64,000 nucleotides of DNA, from assembly GCF_009914755.1 (NCBI RefSeq), contig NC_060934.1; one strand, written 5' to 3'. The first letter of the stretch is position 1. The number at the start of each line of letters is the position of its first letter. A model generated the notes under the pieces. That model was not told where the DNA came from. It saw nothing but the letters and a program-made list of their open reading frames with translations, and made no database searches. Positions 41,041-57,099 of the stretch are shown here, in pieces. The stretch is from the human T2T-CHM13v2.0 reference genome, Homo sapiens. A program made the translations under genes and the position numbers.

Positions 41041-43737
41041 GACTCAATAGGAGACTTTAAACAGGGGAGAGATGTGACAAGGACCATATTCAGGATTGGG
41101 TAGAAAGTGGGGATGCTGGTAGACCAGTCTGGGGCTTGTGCAGGGGAGGGATAGTGGTGACTTGGGATGGGACAGGGACTGTGGAGAAGGGAAGAAGGGG
41201 ACAGATTCAAGTCCACTGTTAGGGGTAGCACCAGTAGGACGTCCTGGAGTGGCCGCAGGTGGGAAGGAGAGAGGAGGAAAGGATGGGGTGGGGGCTTGTG
41301 CAGGGGACTTCTGCTGGAGAAAGACTAGGAAGTGAGAACACTTAGATTCCAAAGGCTACAGCTTGAGCAGCAGCTATTGACAAGAGACTCTCTGCTAAGG
41401 CCAAGTGCAGAAACCATCCTGTTTGCAGATAAGCCAGATCACCTGCAAGTTTCTTCATTCGATCACTCAATCAGAAAATACTGGCTGAGCTCATGCCAGA
41501 GCCAGACCCCGGGCAGGTTCTGGGAAGTCGGCCACAAGGACTCAATCTGCAGCCTAGTAGGGAGACAGACATGCAGATGAGGACCACCCTCCCAGGAGGT
41601 CAAGGCTACCATGGAGGGCTCGGGGCAAGGAGACAGGTGTGGGGAGAGGGGCCACCTGGTCCATCTGCTTGGGGTACCAGGAATGGCTGCACAGGGACCA
41701 GACAACTGAGCAGAGTTCTCCAGAACAGCTGGAGGTGGGCAGGATCTATCCATGTGTTCAAGTTCACTGCAGCTTTAAACAGCCATGAGGTTTTTAATGG
41801 CAGAAGGGCACTGGAGACCTTCTGCAGTGAAGAAAATATTCCATATCATGGTTCAGGTACACATTATACATTTGTTAAATGTACAGTCTATAAATCAGCA
41901 GTGTACAATCAACAAACTGTACACTTTACATCTAATTCACTCTATGTAAATTTTGCTAACAGTACCTTATATCTTCAATTAAAAAAAAAGATTTAAAGCT
42001 GTAAACACAAGCCAGGAGGCTCATTGTTAACTCTCACTAAATTTAAGTGAATACTTTGTAATAACCTAATGCATTGACTTGACCTTTTAAGAGGCAATTC
42101 TGCCCTTTTGAAGCTGTAGGTTCAAGCTTTTGGCTGGGCACAGGCACACTCTGCCATCAACCTCAGGCATAGCGGATCCCACACAAGACAGTATAAGAGC
42201 AGGATTCGTGTAGCTCGGGACACGGGCTTCCCTCCACCCTGAGGTTCAGCGTCCAGGAAAGATCTCCAGAAAGTACACTACCAGCCCACATCCCACCTGT
42301 AACAGGTCTTCAGGGCCTGCAGGGGGGACTCGCCCTCAGCAAGTCCACCTCCTGAATCCTATGTTTCTATAAATCCCGATTGCAGTCCACACAAGGCTTA
42401 ATTTTTTTTCTTTAAAGAACACTCTTTGCCAAAATCTGTGTTGAGTAATTAACTAGTGCCATGCCCAGCAAGGGAAAGCAGCTGTATAATTTATATTCCA
42501 CAAGGCTCCACCTGACAAGCGGAAACCCGGCCAGGCGCTGCTTTCCTTCAGCCCTGCATTGGGTTCTAATTGTGTTCACCCAGGCTGCTCATGTTTGCTG
42601 GGCCGTTCAAAGCCTCCAGAATATTTCTCTTTCCATTGTACGGTACTAAATCTTTGTCAACACTTCTCCAAATGCAGAAGTTGACAGTCAGCCCTCAATG
42701 ACTCAAATGGAAAGCTAGTAAAAGCTCCCAAAGGAACATCTTTCAACAAGTCATAATGCTTTCATAAAATGAAGGCAGGATAACTATAACCACTCTCCTC
42801 TTCCTGTCATGTTCTCTCAAAGCAGAGACAATGGAGGTGATTTGGGGCTTCCTCAGTGTCCAGGAACAGTATCAGTCATGTGTTCACCCATGAGGGCCAT
42901 GGAGCAGTGCCCTCAACACAATCTCATGCCAACATTTAGTCCCTCCATGCTGATGCACGTGGAAACAAAGATGCCCTCGAGAGAGGTGGCCCAGCTTCCA
43001 TATCCCAGGACTGCCAGGGTCACAGCCACCTACCTGTACTGGTGGGTGCAGCCAGGCAGCGCCCGAACCCACAGAGACAGTGTAGGGAGCAGGTGCAGCC
43101 ACCATAGACAGGTGGGGCCACCACAGACCATAATGGCAGACAGAGGCTGGAATGTCCCTCACTGAACCCAGCCCCACCGAGCTGGCCCACCTGCACATTC
43201 GCGCCCCTGCACACCTGCCTCATCTCCCGACTCAGCCTTTGGTTGCTCACCCATGCCAGACAGGTGCCTTGCTTTGAATGCCTGGACACCTGGCCAGGTT
43301 TTTTTTACTCCTTCTCCCTCTGGAGTCTGGGAATCAGTTCTGTGCATTTGCGGCCCTGGAGGTAGGATTCTTTGTCAAATCAATGGCCAAGATCATGACC
43401 TCCACCCGGACAGAACCCTTTCATGTCCTGTCAGCATTCATCAAACCTAGTATCACTCCCCCACTGCAGAGATTCTCGGAACTGCACCCCCGGCCCCTGT
43501 TGCAGTTCCCAGGGGGAGTTCTCCTGATCCACTGCATCCCAGCTTTCTTCACTTGCCATCAGCGAGGGCTACCTCAGCACCTCCTCATTGTGCCCTCCCA
43601 GATACAAGCCCCAGGCTGGTGCAGAATCATCAGTTACTAGACATTTGCATAAGTGAGTTAGGCATAACTGGTGTGAAATACAGGTATGAATGCAGGTGCT
43701 CACCCAACTGCACCTAAGTCTCTGCCTCATTATTGAC

Positions 43738-44221
43738 TGTATCCGTTTTCTGGGGCTGCAGTAACAATGCACCACAGAACTGGGTGACAACACAAATTTA
43801 TTCTCTCACGGTCCTGAAGGCCAGAATTCTGAGATCCAGGCATCCACAGAGCCACACTCCCTCCACCAGCTCTCGGGGAGGATCCACTCTTGCCTCTTCC
43901 AGGTCTGGTGGCCCCAGGTGTTCCTTGGCTTGTGGCAGCATCACTGCAATCTCCACCTCTGCCTCCATGGGGCCATCGTGCTGCTATGTCTGGATCTCTG
44001 TGTGTCCACATGGCACTCCCCTCGTGTGTCTGTGTCTGTGTCCAAATTTCCCTCTTCTTATAAGGACAGCAGTCATCCTGGATTAAAGCCCATCCCAAGG
44101 ACCTCATCTTATCTTGATTAAACCTGCAAAGACCCTATTTCCATATAAGGTCACATTCATAGATACTGGGAGTTAGGACTTCAACATATCTTTCTGTGGG
44201 GGACAAAATTCAACCCATACA
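43738..44221 (-). mobile_element. MLT1C-like MaLR LTR, full length
   Basis: gttccttggcttgtggcagcatcactgcaatctc; ctgcaaagaccctatttcca...ggacttcaacatatcttt. Confidence 0.85.
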
Positions 44222-44513
44222 GACCTTATGTTTCTCTTGATCTATCTAGTTTTGTGACTCTCTCATTTGGGAATTTGTTCAGCAAGTATTTATTGAGCAC
44301 CTGTTACATTCCATGCACTATGCTGGGTATGAGGGACTCCTGCCCTCAAGAACTGATGGTCCAGGGGACAGGTCCCCCGGCAGCTGCTAGGAAGTGCAGT
44401 CTGAGGACACTCAGAGCAGGGCAGCCCCAAGGGGGCTCCTATCCCAGCCTTAGGGCATCGATGAAGTTTCTCAGAGGAAAGAGTGATGGAGATGAGAACT
44501 AGGCTGAATACGA

Positions 44514-44593
44514 TTAGGTTGGTGCAAAAGTAATTGTGGGTTTTGCCATTAGTTTTAAAGGCAAAACCCACCATTACTTTCGCACCAACCTAA
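44514..44593. mobile_element. MADE1 (Hsmar1-derived 80-bp MITE)
   Basis: TTAGGTTGGTGCAAAAGTAATTG...ATTACTTTCGCACCAACCTAA; 80-bp near-palindrome with TA on the right flank. Confidence 0.95.
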
Positions 44594-44878
44594 TAGCCAG
44601 GTGAAGAGGCCATGAACGGAAACAGCTCCAAGAAACTCAGAGATGAGAGAAGCTGAGAGACTTCAGGAAACCTTGGATGATTCAGCAAGGTAGAAACAGA
44701 GGCATGGCAAGAGATGAAACTCCAGAAAGTCACATGGGTGCTCACATGTCACTGTGATGCCAAGGCACCCACAGAGCCTCTGTGGGCTCTGATTACAGGT
44801 GCCACCCATTGAACACACACTGTGAGCACCGTCTCCTGTAATCATTCCTGCCACCCTGCAGGGGTGGGGTGCTCTACA

Positions 44879-45403
44879 TGTTACCAGTGGTGAATCTGCA
44901 GCAACCTCAATTCTTGCCTCCTCCGAAGAAAGAATTCGACTGAGGGGCATAAGGCAGAAGGAGAGACTGAGGCAAGCTTCAGAGCAGGAGTGAAAGTTTA
45001 TTTGAAAAGCTTTAGAACAGAAAGGAGGGGGGAAGGAGGGGCAAACTTGGAAGAGGGCCAAGCGGGTGACTTGCGGAACCACGTGCACAGCTAGACCTCT
45101 CGACTGGGGTTTTCTGCATTGGCATACTTCCAGGATCTTGCATTCCCTCTCCCCACTCCTGAGATCTTATTAGGAAGCTGCGGATCGGTTTCAGGTGTTT
45201 TCTCTTAGGAGCCTGCCTTTCCCTGGCAGCGCCTGTGACCAATTATTATTTTAGAGAAACAGTTGACAGCTGCCTGACCATCACATGATGGTCACCCAAC
45301 ACTCCTAGTGCGTGTGTGTGTGTGAGTGTGCAGATGGTGGGCGGGGGGGGGGGGGGCAGGCATTCCTGCCCTGCTCATACCTAAGTAGCTACCCACTGTA
45401 ACC
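44879..45403 (-). mobile_element. ERV1-class solo LTR (LTR9-like), containing a G14 run at 45343-45356
   Basis: tgttacc start; gaaagaattcgactgaggggcataaggcagaaggagagac; minus-strand AATAAA at 44997-45002. Confidence 0.7.
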
Positions 45404-47189
45404 CACTGAACAGGTGAGAAAAGTGAGGCCTGTTGCACTGGCATTTCTCTCCCCAGGTCACATGAGAGAGGCAGCAGAGGCTGCCCTCTGGGACTCAGCT
45501 CCACATCCTGGGCCACCCCTGCATCTGCAGACTGGTGCCCTCCCAGACATTGCACCGGTGTGGAAAAGAAGGGGAGGGGCTGGTGGCCAGGGCTTGTTTC
45601 CATCTGTGATGCCCTCCTGGGTATTCACCCCAAAGCCTGCTAATTTAGGAGGCACTGCCAGGGATTGGGAGCATGGAAGTGTGAACTGAAACACGCCCAG
45701 CCCTCTCCACTCCGGCTGGAGGAAGGCTCTGAAAGGCACTTAGCTTTTTTCATCCCGGGCTCTGATCAATCACCCACTTCCATCTTTGTGATTCTCACAA
45801 CCTGTTAATTTATTTTATCAAACAACCTCAGTCCAGGCAACCATCCAGTTATTTTCGTCTCTGAAGCCACACAACAGGTTCAACTACTTTGTTGTTGTTT
45901 TCATTTGCCAACTAGGTATAGAGGGTCATGAAGGAACTGCCAGACCTTGTGGATTTACCTCTCTTTGTAGTCATACTCCAGACTCCTCCAAAGCTCATCC
46001 ACACGGGTAGTTCTCTGCTGAAAGAGTGCTTAGCGATGGAAATGGATCCCCGGGCTCTACTCTGCAGAGATGAAGGGCTCTAAATCTGCATAGTAGCTCT
46101 TACTCTAGGAGGCTGCTGGGCTCTCTGCCTTGATTTGATTAATGAGTGTGGAGTTTGGCAGAGGCATTCTTGGAAGATTCTGGATTGGTTGTGTGTATAT
46201 ACATAAAATAAAAGATGTGCTGTGGGTATTTTGAGCTAAACATGACTGATAGCTATGTTTATTAAGATAGGAGCAGTCAAAGCCTGGCTGTTTGAAGTTA
46301 TACACAGATATGCCGAAGAAGTGCAGCCTTATCCAAGTGCGGAGTCTCAGGATAAACTCAAAAGAGAATATGTATTCTCCAAGTAGCATTTGGTGAATAA
46401 CAAGGCTAGAATATATGTCTCACCACTCTGTATTCTTTCCCTAATGATTGTTTAGGGGGCATTGGCTTGGCAAAAGAGCACTGGAATTATTGCATAAGTG
46501 TGTTTATGTGCGTAGGTGTGTATGTGCATACATCTGAATGAATATACGCATGTATTCCGCACCTTGTTCCCACAAAGGGAATTAAAGATGGCTAAGGAAG
46601 CTACGTAATAAAATTTAAATAAGTTTTAAATAAATAGATGAGGAAATCAGGGCAAGTGAGATAGAAAATTAGGAATAAAAATAGAGGAAAGAAAGTAGAG
46701 AGGAGGGCAAGTGGGTGTGAGGAGAGGAAGGAAAGACGAGGGGTGGGGAGCGAGAAAAAGAGAAGAGGAAGTGGTGAACAAAAGCTTCTGTTTCCATGGT
46801 GACCAGCAGCTCCAGGTCCGCAGAGATAAAGCTCTGAAAGAAAGATGGTGTGGACTGGCTGTTTAACCGGATCTGTGGCATACTTCCAAGCACCATCCCT
46901 CCTCAGGAGGCACCCCCCTCCCAGGCTCTGGAAGCTGGAAGCTGCCCACAGCCTATGCAATACATAATTCCCAGACCCTGAACCATGCCTGATGGACCAG
47001 AGTGAGCACCGGAGTCAGGCCATTGCCAACCGCATTCCCTCCCCTGGGGTTTCAGAATCCAACCTGAAAGGCAGGAAGTCAGTGTCATTTGGTGGCTTGA
47101 CCTCTTTGGCATGGAGCATGCAATTTGGGAGGAGATCCAGCCTGCCCTGTGCCTGAGAAGCAGAGGAAATGAGCATGGCCAAGTTGAAG

Positions 47190-48800
<1,611 letters not shown>

Positions 48801-49800
48801 TTGAAAGCTAAGCAGAGAGAAAACAATGACAGGGAACCGAGAAAGTGCTCTATGAACTTTCCAGTCCCTGGTCCTGGTTGCTCAGGAAGCCGTTGCCCAC
48901 TCCAGCCCTGGAGTTCCGCCGAATACTCCTGACATTGGCCAGCAAAGCCCTCTGCTGCCCTTGAGCAATTTTCTGCTCCTGAAACCAGCACCTAGCACCT
49001 GGCCATGACTCTCTGTGCCCTCTGGGAAAACAGTCACCAGCTTTGAAAGCTTGTGGATTCCAGGGCACTTGGCATAAGGCTGCTCTTTCTCAGGCTTGAA
49101 GTTTGGTGCTGTACTTTATGCTTTGGGAGAAAAAAAAAATACCTGTGCAAACCCAAATTACTACAGGAGTGGAAAGCATCTCAGCCACCAAATATTCCCA
49201 GCCCTAGGAGCACTATGTTGGTCATTGGTGAGCTTGTATTGCATCCCAGGGGATTAGGGGCAAAATGCTATTATTTGTGGGATCAGAGGCAGCTGGATGA
49301 AGCGAGAGTAGGTGGTAGGATCCATGGAGTAGGGGCCAGGAGCCCTGGGATAGAGAAGCCACTCTGCGCTGATGAATGATACACTAGATAAGGCTCTGGA
49401 TTGTTCTGGGCTTCTGTGTCCAGGTCTGCAAGACTGAGACAACCAGAGCCATCAAGTCACTTAGCTAAGCACTCCCACCCCACCCCCATTCATTCTGTGC
49501 TCCTTTCCATGGAGCCCCATGGGAGTTCCTATTCACTGCCGTTGACCAGTCGTCTCTGACTGCATTAAGCCCACTCCTTTGAGTGGTGACTGAAGTCCCT
49601 AACTGCTCAGCTTTCCATGCGTGCATCTGGCCTCCCTAACTCAGGCTCCTCCAGGGCAGGGACACTGTGTTCCTCTCTCTTCCTCAGCTCAGAACCTGGC
49701 AAACATCAGGCATCAAATTAATGTTTGTTGGTTTGATCTGGCTAAATGATCTGAAGAATCCTTTCATTCCTCTAGCTCAAGCCACCTTCTGCCATTTGAT

Positions 49801-49977
49801 TCTCTCTCTCTCTCTCTTTTTTTTTCTTTTGAAACAGAGTCTTGCTCTGTTGTCCAGGCTGGAGTGCAGTGGTGCAATCATAGCTCACCATAGCTTGGAA
49901 CTCCTGGGTTCAAGCGATCCTCCTGCCTTGATAACCAGAGTAGCTAAGACTACAGGCACATGCCACCACGCCCAGCT
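49801..49977 (-). mobile_element. Alu right monomer (FRAM/AluJ)
   Basis: Single reverse arm with a CT/T tail; AluJ-type atcatagctcac and caagcgatcctcc. Confidence 0.82.
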
Positions 49978-51349
49978 CTGATCCTCATCTTGATTCCAGT
50001 TGTTTGCTGGAGGGGGTGAGTAGGGAGTGAGAATGACAGATAGGGAGATGGGGGGCAGAGGGGAAGCCAGGACAGGAAGGGAGGGGAGGGAAGGCCAGAC
50101 CTAGTGTTTCTGAAATTGAGTGAGATTGGATGGAGGCATAGACATTCAGCTTGAGGCAAAAAGGGAGAGAGTAGGAGATGAAAATAGATCTATACAATCA
50201 GCAGATGCCAAAATATTCATAACATTCCCAAATCTCCCTTAACATCTCTCTAGAGGCGCCCATAGAAAAGATCCTTTATTCCATTTCTAATTCAGGATCC
50301 GCTTTGATGTGCTCAGGCACAGGAAGGAAAGTTACAATGACTAACATCTTTAATGTCATTAAAAATAATTAAATTACATAGTCATTTCTTAACACCCAGC
50401 CTGACTTTTTTCAACACTTTCTTTCAAAATGAAACATTGCAAAGACATCAGGGAGTTGGAGAGAGCCTGCGGACAGAACCTTCCTTCCAACTGCTGCTCT
50501 TGATAGAAGATTATAATGGGCTTCAGAATTCATTTGACGTTTTTCTTGCTATTTTCTACACATAATAATAGATGTAAAGCCTCAGATTTTAATAGCACCT
50601 TTCTACCTAACAACCACATGTGCTCTCACAAACATTCACTTTTTGTATGTTGAAGAGGAGAGAAGTATTACTAGCCCCATTTTACAGAAGTAGCAAGTTG
50701 ATGATTCATAGTGCATAAGCACTAATATTCCCTGAATGCCTGCCATACTCTAGGCACTGAGCTTTCGTACAGTCTCATTTATACCTCTCAGCCAGCTTTT
50801 CAGGACTGAGAAAGGATTCAAACCTGGACCACCTGACTAAAAACCCACATGCCTCAACACTGTGCTATATAACTTATTCAACAAATCTTTATTGAACAGC
50901 TACTCTGTGCCAGACATTGTCCTGGCTGCTGGGGATACAGTGGTACAGGAGACAGATCTCTCTATTGTCAGGGATGATGTTATAATAGGAACACACAAAG
51001 AAATTAAAACAGGGTGATGTGTTCAAGACTGTAGGGCAGGTGTGAGAGAGAGTCCATGCCTCCTGAGGAGTTAATGACAAGAAGGACCCATTCACAAGAA
51101 AATATGGGCAGCGCATTCCAATCAGAAGGAAGCCCAGGGATCTAAATATGTTGGTATTTATTATTTCCTCAGCCATTTCACCTGAATATCTGTTGTAAGA
51201 CAATAATTATTAATATGGAAACAAATATTCACTGGTTATTTATAATAATGAAAACAAATAGAAATGACCTAAAATCGAATAGGGAGAAATTTCAAGGAAT
51301 TATGACACTTGTGCTTGCTGAAATATTATGCAGCCATGAAAAATAACTT

Positions 51350-53400
51350 GGCAGGTTTCGATTCTGGCTAGGAGGTATACCTTACTCTCTATCTCTTCTA
51401 CTGGTTACAACTAAAAACTCAGGACAGACTATATAAAATAACTATCAGAGTACTGTGAAAAATAATAACAGAGTAGGGAAAGAAATAAAAACTCGAAGAA
51501 ATACAGATCCAGCAGAGTGTCCTGGAGTGCTCCCACCTCATATTTCCTGGCTTAGACACTAGAACAGCTAAATCCTGAACTGTGTGGCAGATGTTATGTG
51601 CACAGAATAAGTTCCAAGAGAAATCCTCCCTTTCTGGCCAGAAAATCAGAAGGGCAGCTCTTGCAGTGCACAGCTTGGGGCTAAATCCGCATTTTGTTTT
51701 CCTTTTCCCTTCTTTTAGTCTTCCAGCCCTGTCCCAAGGCAATCCCCAGTCATGATGCTGTGATCCCCTTCAGCAGCAGTGGTCATGGAAGCCATACAAG
51801 CATGTAAAATTCTGAGAAAATTATTTCCTCTGACTAGAGGAAGCTGGAAAAGGGGTCCCTGTGGTCCAAAGAGTGAGGTGGGAAGGACGTCTGTTATCTC
51901 CTCTTTCTTTTTTTCCTAGCTATTTTGTCCTAAAGTGGACCCAGTCACAGGGAGTGCATGAAAACACAGGGAAGGTAAAAACCCCAGCTGGAGCACCAGG
52001 AAAGGGGGCCACTGGGAGCTGGAGATTGTGGAAGAAATTTGGAAGAGGAGGCAGCTGAAGAAAGAGAGCCCCTAAATCTGTGTTTGAAGCCCACAGCTCC
52101 TGTCTGAGCTGTGCACGTATGGAACTGACATAAAGTAGCATAAGACAAGGCTTTGAGAATTTAACTGCTGTACATCCACTGCTCAGGACCCAGACTGGAC
52201 CCTGGGTGGTCCCCACACAGGACATATCCAAATAGCACCACAGAGCCTTTGAAAATCAAACTGACATTGAAACTCCGGCCCACAAAAGATGCACAGGGAC
52301 TTGTGGTCCAATCCTAACCAGCTTGATTACCTGCTAAAATGAAATAATCAACATTTATCAGAAGATTTTAACAGTGCCCATAGCATGATAACATAATATT
52401 CAAAAATATCCAGGATACAATCTAAATTTACTCAACATACTAAGAACCAGATACATCCCAGCAACCACAAGATAACCCAGATTTTGGCATTATCAGACAA
52501 AGAATTTAAAGCAGGTATGACAACCATACTCCATAAAGTAAGAATGAACACTCTTGAAACAAATAGAAAGTTACAAGCTCTCAGTAAAGAAATAGAACCA
52601 GTAGGAAAGAACCAAGTGGAAAGTTTTAAAAACTGAAACATACAAATAGAATTTTTTTGAAAGTCCCTAGAGAGGCACAATAACAGAATGAAAATGACAA
52701 AAGAGAGTCAGTTAATTTGAAGACAAGTTGCTTTGTCCATTTGTATTGCAATAAAGGAAATACCTGGGACTGGGTAATTTATAAAGAAAAGAGGTTTATT
52801 TGGCTCACAATTCTATAGACTGTACAAGAAGGATGTCAGTGGTATCTCCTTCTGGTGAGGGCTTCAGGAAACTTCCACTCATGACAGAAGGTGAAAAGGA
52901 GGCAGGGTGGGGAGATCACATTTCAGGAAGTGGAGGAAGCATGAGAGAGAGGAGGAGGTTCCAGGCTCTTTTTAACAATCAGATCTCATGGGAACTAACA
53001 GAGTGAGAACTCACTCATTACCACAAGGACAGCACCAAGCCTTTCATGAGGGATCCACTGCCATGACCCAAACACCTCACACCATGCCCCTTTTCCAACA
53101 GCAGGGGATAAATTTCAACATGAGATTTAGTGGGGTCAAACAAACTATATCCAAACCATGGCACAGATCAATAGAAATTACCCAGTGATAAAGAGATAAA
53201 AGATTAAAAATAAATCAACAGAGCCTCAGTGTCATTTCTTATTAAAGACCAGGGAAACCAAAAGATTATTGAAAATTATTTTTAAAGTTCTCAAAGACAT
53301 AATTCCTATATCTAGCAAAAATATCCTTCAGGAATGAAAGCAAATGAAATAAAGATATATTCAGATGAAGGAAAACTAAGATAATTTATCACCAGTAGTT
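51350..53400 (+). mobile_element. Old L1M 5' UTR/ORF1 remnant, split by an MST LTR
   Basis: cagattttggcattatcagacaaagaatttaaagcag; agatcaatagaaattaccca; aaaatatccttcaggaatgaa ORF1 motifs. Confidence 0.7.
52729..53163 (-). mobile_element. MSTB-like MaLR LTR
   Basis: gggtaatttataaagaaaagaggtttatttggctcac...tttcaacatgagattt...tatccaaaccatggca. Confidence 0.85.
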
Positions 53401-53684
53401 ATAAATTTAAAAACAGATTTCAAAAATAAGAACAATGCAAAATTATTTTACAAAGGGCTTGTTATTACTTTGAAAAATTCCTATGATCTAAAGTTTAAAA
53501 AATCATGATACAAAATTTAAAAAACAGTGTTCTTGCAATTATGTCCAAAAATACTATGCATAGAGAAAAAGCTAGGTAGAAGTAAAATAAAGTGTTTTTA
53601 GTGACTTCTTTTGGCAAAAAGATCTATTGGTAAATTGTCCTTTTATTTTATTTTTTAATATTTTCCAAAATGACAGTGGATAAT

Positions 53685-54083
53685 TGTTAGGGTTTAAATG
53701 TTTCTCCATAGTTCACGTGTTGGAAACTTAATCCCCAATATGATAGTGTTGAGAGTTGAGACCTTTAAGAGGTGATTAGGTCATGAGGGCTCTGCCCTCA
53801 TGAATGGATTAATGCTGTTATCTCAGGAGTGGGTTAGTTATTGTGGGAGTGGGTTCCTTATAAAAGGATGAGTTTGACTCCCTCTTCTCTTTTTCTCTCT
53901 CACATGCACGACTTTGCCCTTCCACCTTCCACCATGGGATGATGCAGTAAGAAGGCCTTCACAAGATGCTGGTGCCCTATTCTTGGACTTCCCAGCCTCC
54001 AGAACTCTCAGAAATAATTTTTTTCCTTGTAAGTTACCCAGTTTGTGGTATTCTGTTATAGCAACAAAAAACAGATGAAGACA
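53685..54083 (+). mobile_element. MSTC-like MaLR LTR, full length
   Basis: TG...CA ends; near-TSD ATAAT/ATGAT; gattaggtcatgagggctctgccctcatgaatggattaat. Confidence 0.85.
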
Positions 54084-55069
54084 ATGATCAAACATTTTTA
54101 TAACATTAAAAAAAAGTTACTTCTGAATGCACCAGGTTGTTAGGGAAAAGGGTGGAATAAATCTCTCAATTTTAGTCCAAGAAAAAGAGCATATTCTTGA
54201 AGATTTCTTTCTAAAGAGAGGAGGTGTAAGAGAGTGCCCACCAGATGAAGAAGATGGTCAGTTATTTCAGCTTTCACCCATGTTCATGAGGTTCCAATTA
54301 TCTAAGTTCATAAGACAATTTTTTTTAAAAAAAGCATCTAAAGTTCAAAATTATTAGACATTATAGATTTGGCCTGCCTGACAGTTCTTAAAGTTCTTAA
54401 TTCTGTTTACAAAGAGAAAAAGGCCTTTATGGGAAAGAATCTTCTGATATGCTAGTGGTAACCACTGCTTCACAATTGATAAAATCATTGACTGAAAGGA
54501 AGAAAGAAACAAAAAATACAGCTAGCCTCAAATGGCAGCAGCAGATTTTAATGCCTAAGGGATGTTCTGTGAATAAGATAAGAGCTGGCAGCCCACCTAT
54601 CCCTGTATAATATCCAAGCTATGAGAGGCAAGGAATAAAGACCACTAACAAAGGAGCATGAGCTCAGGATCCAGATGATAGACATGGTAGCAGAGGCTCA
54701 GATTCAAACACCTGTGTGCTGAATAATTCAGTGGACCTACAGGGTAATAGAGACAGCCACATGTGCCATTGTTAGCCTGAGTGAAGAAGGGAATTATAGA
54801 CATTTAGGGAGGTAAAAAGAATCCCAGGATACCTAGAGTTTTAGAATAAAGGTTTGCAATTCCCTGGCAACATCCAACTTTGAGGAGGAAAGATCCCTGG
54901 TTTACAACTCTTTCAGGAGCTAAGAGAAGGGATAGCTGAGGTATGAAAGTTGTAATGTGTGATGCCTGATGCCTTTCTTTTGCTTAGCTCTTCTCCATCC
55001 CTCCCCATGTTTCCCTGCACAACCCTTTGAATCTGTTCCCTTTAAAGAAGAATGTATCTTGTTCTACTC

Positions 55070-55280
55070 CAGGACTCAACCTGAGCACAATTGACATTTG
55101 GGGGCAGGTGTTTCTTTGTTGTGGGGGCTGTCCTGTGCATTGTAGGATGTTGAGCAGCATCCCTGACCTCTACCCCGTAGATACCAGGAGCACCCATGCC
55201 CCACACTTGTGACAATCAAATATGTCTCCAGACATTGCCAAATGTCCCGAGGTGCAAAATCACCCCAGTTGAGAACCATC
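55070..55280 (-). mobile_element. MER20
   Basis: gggggctgtcctgtgcattgtaggatgtt...atgtctccagacattgccaaatgtccc...gttgagaacca. Confidence 0.9.
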
Positions 55281-56335
55281 ATCCTACCCATTTTGGAAAT
55301 TTCATGGATAGTGATTTCTGAAGAAGCAAAAGGTGAGTTCTGGCATCTTAACCACAGGTATGGCACTGAGCCCAGCAGAGCCTAAGGGAATAAGGGCAAA
55401 CATATAAAGTTCAATTTTTTTAATTCAAAAAGGGTAAAAATGTTTCTGGATGTAATGCAATTTTGCCCTTCTAAAAAAATATATGCTGTCCCTCTTGGAT
55501 ATCTGTGCTTTAGGTATTCACTCATTCATTCAAGCAACACTGACTAAGTGCTGGATTTTTTGTGATCCTCACTCAGCAGCAGCCAACCCAGCCAGCTTGC
55601 ACCTGTGGCAAGTCCCCTGAGTTTGCATAAGCAAATACAGAACTTTACTGTATTTTGTCTCACTGAGTCTACAACATTTCTGAGCGCTGAGATTAAATTC
55701 CCCAAAGCATAGGAGGCTCGGCGAGGTGAGAGAACTTGGCCAAGTGGGCAGAAATTTGGGATGGGGAGGGAAGTTCTTCTTTATGCAACATCTCCAGCTG
55801 CAGAATCCAAGAGGAATGGAAGAACTTCATGTTGCAGCCTGAGTAGAATAATTGATTCAGGTCAGAATGATCATTGGTTGAAAAACTATTGGGAAACAGG
55901 ATATTCACACGAGGCCAACGTATCACCCACAGATAACTGAATAATCACAAAGGGAAAAGTCGCTGTCAACACCTTAAACGAGTGAACAGATTACTCACTG
56001 TGGAGCAGCTTGAGGCCGTCCCATGCAGTCTCCACCCTCGCCTAGGAAGTATTTCACCAGGGAGATCTATTCAAGCCTCTATAGCTAACTCCTGGTTCAG
56101 GGGGAAAAGGAGGGATAGAAAAACATGCAAAATTGCCACAAGGACACAAGAAGACAGATCAAGAACCTGGGACATTCTAAAAGACAATTGGCCTGCGTTC
56201 TTCAAAAAGTTGATGTCGTGGAAAAGAAAAAGAAAAAGTGGAGCGACCATGCTAAATGTAAAAAGATTTAGAGATATAACAAGCAACTGTAATGTGTGTG
56301 CATTGGATCCTGGCTCTTAAGAAATAAACATTCTT

Positions 56336-57030
<695 letters not shown>

Positions 57031-57099
57031 CTAGCTATTATATAGGTCAAAATGATTGTTATTTTTTCAAGTGTAGTAATAGTATTGTGGTTATATAAG

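Noticed and set aside
53781-53803. Hairpin TCATGAGGGC-TCT-GCCCTCATGA
   Set aside because: Appears to be a standard feature of MST-family LTRs.
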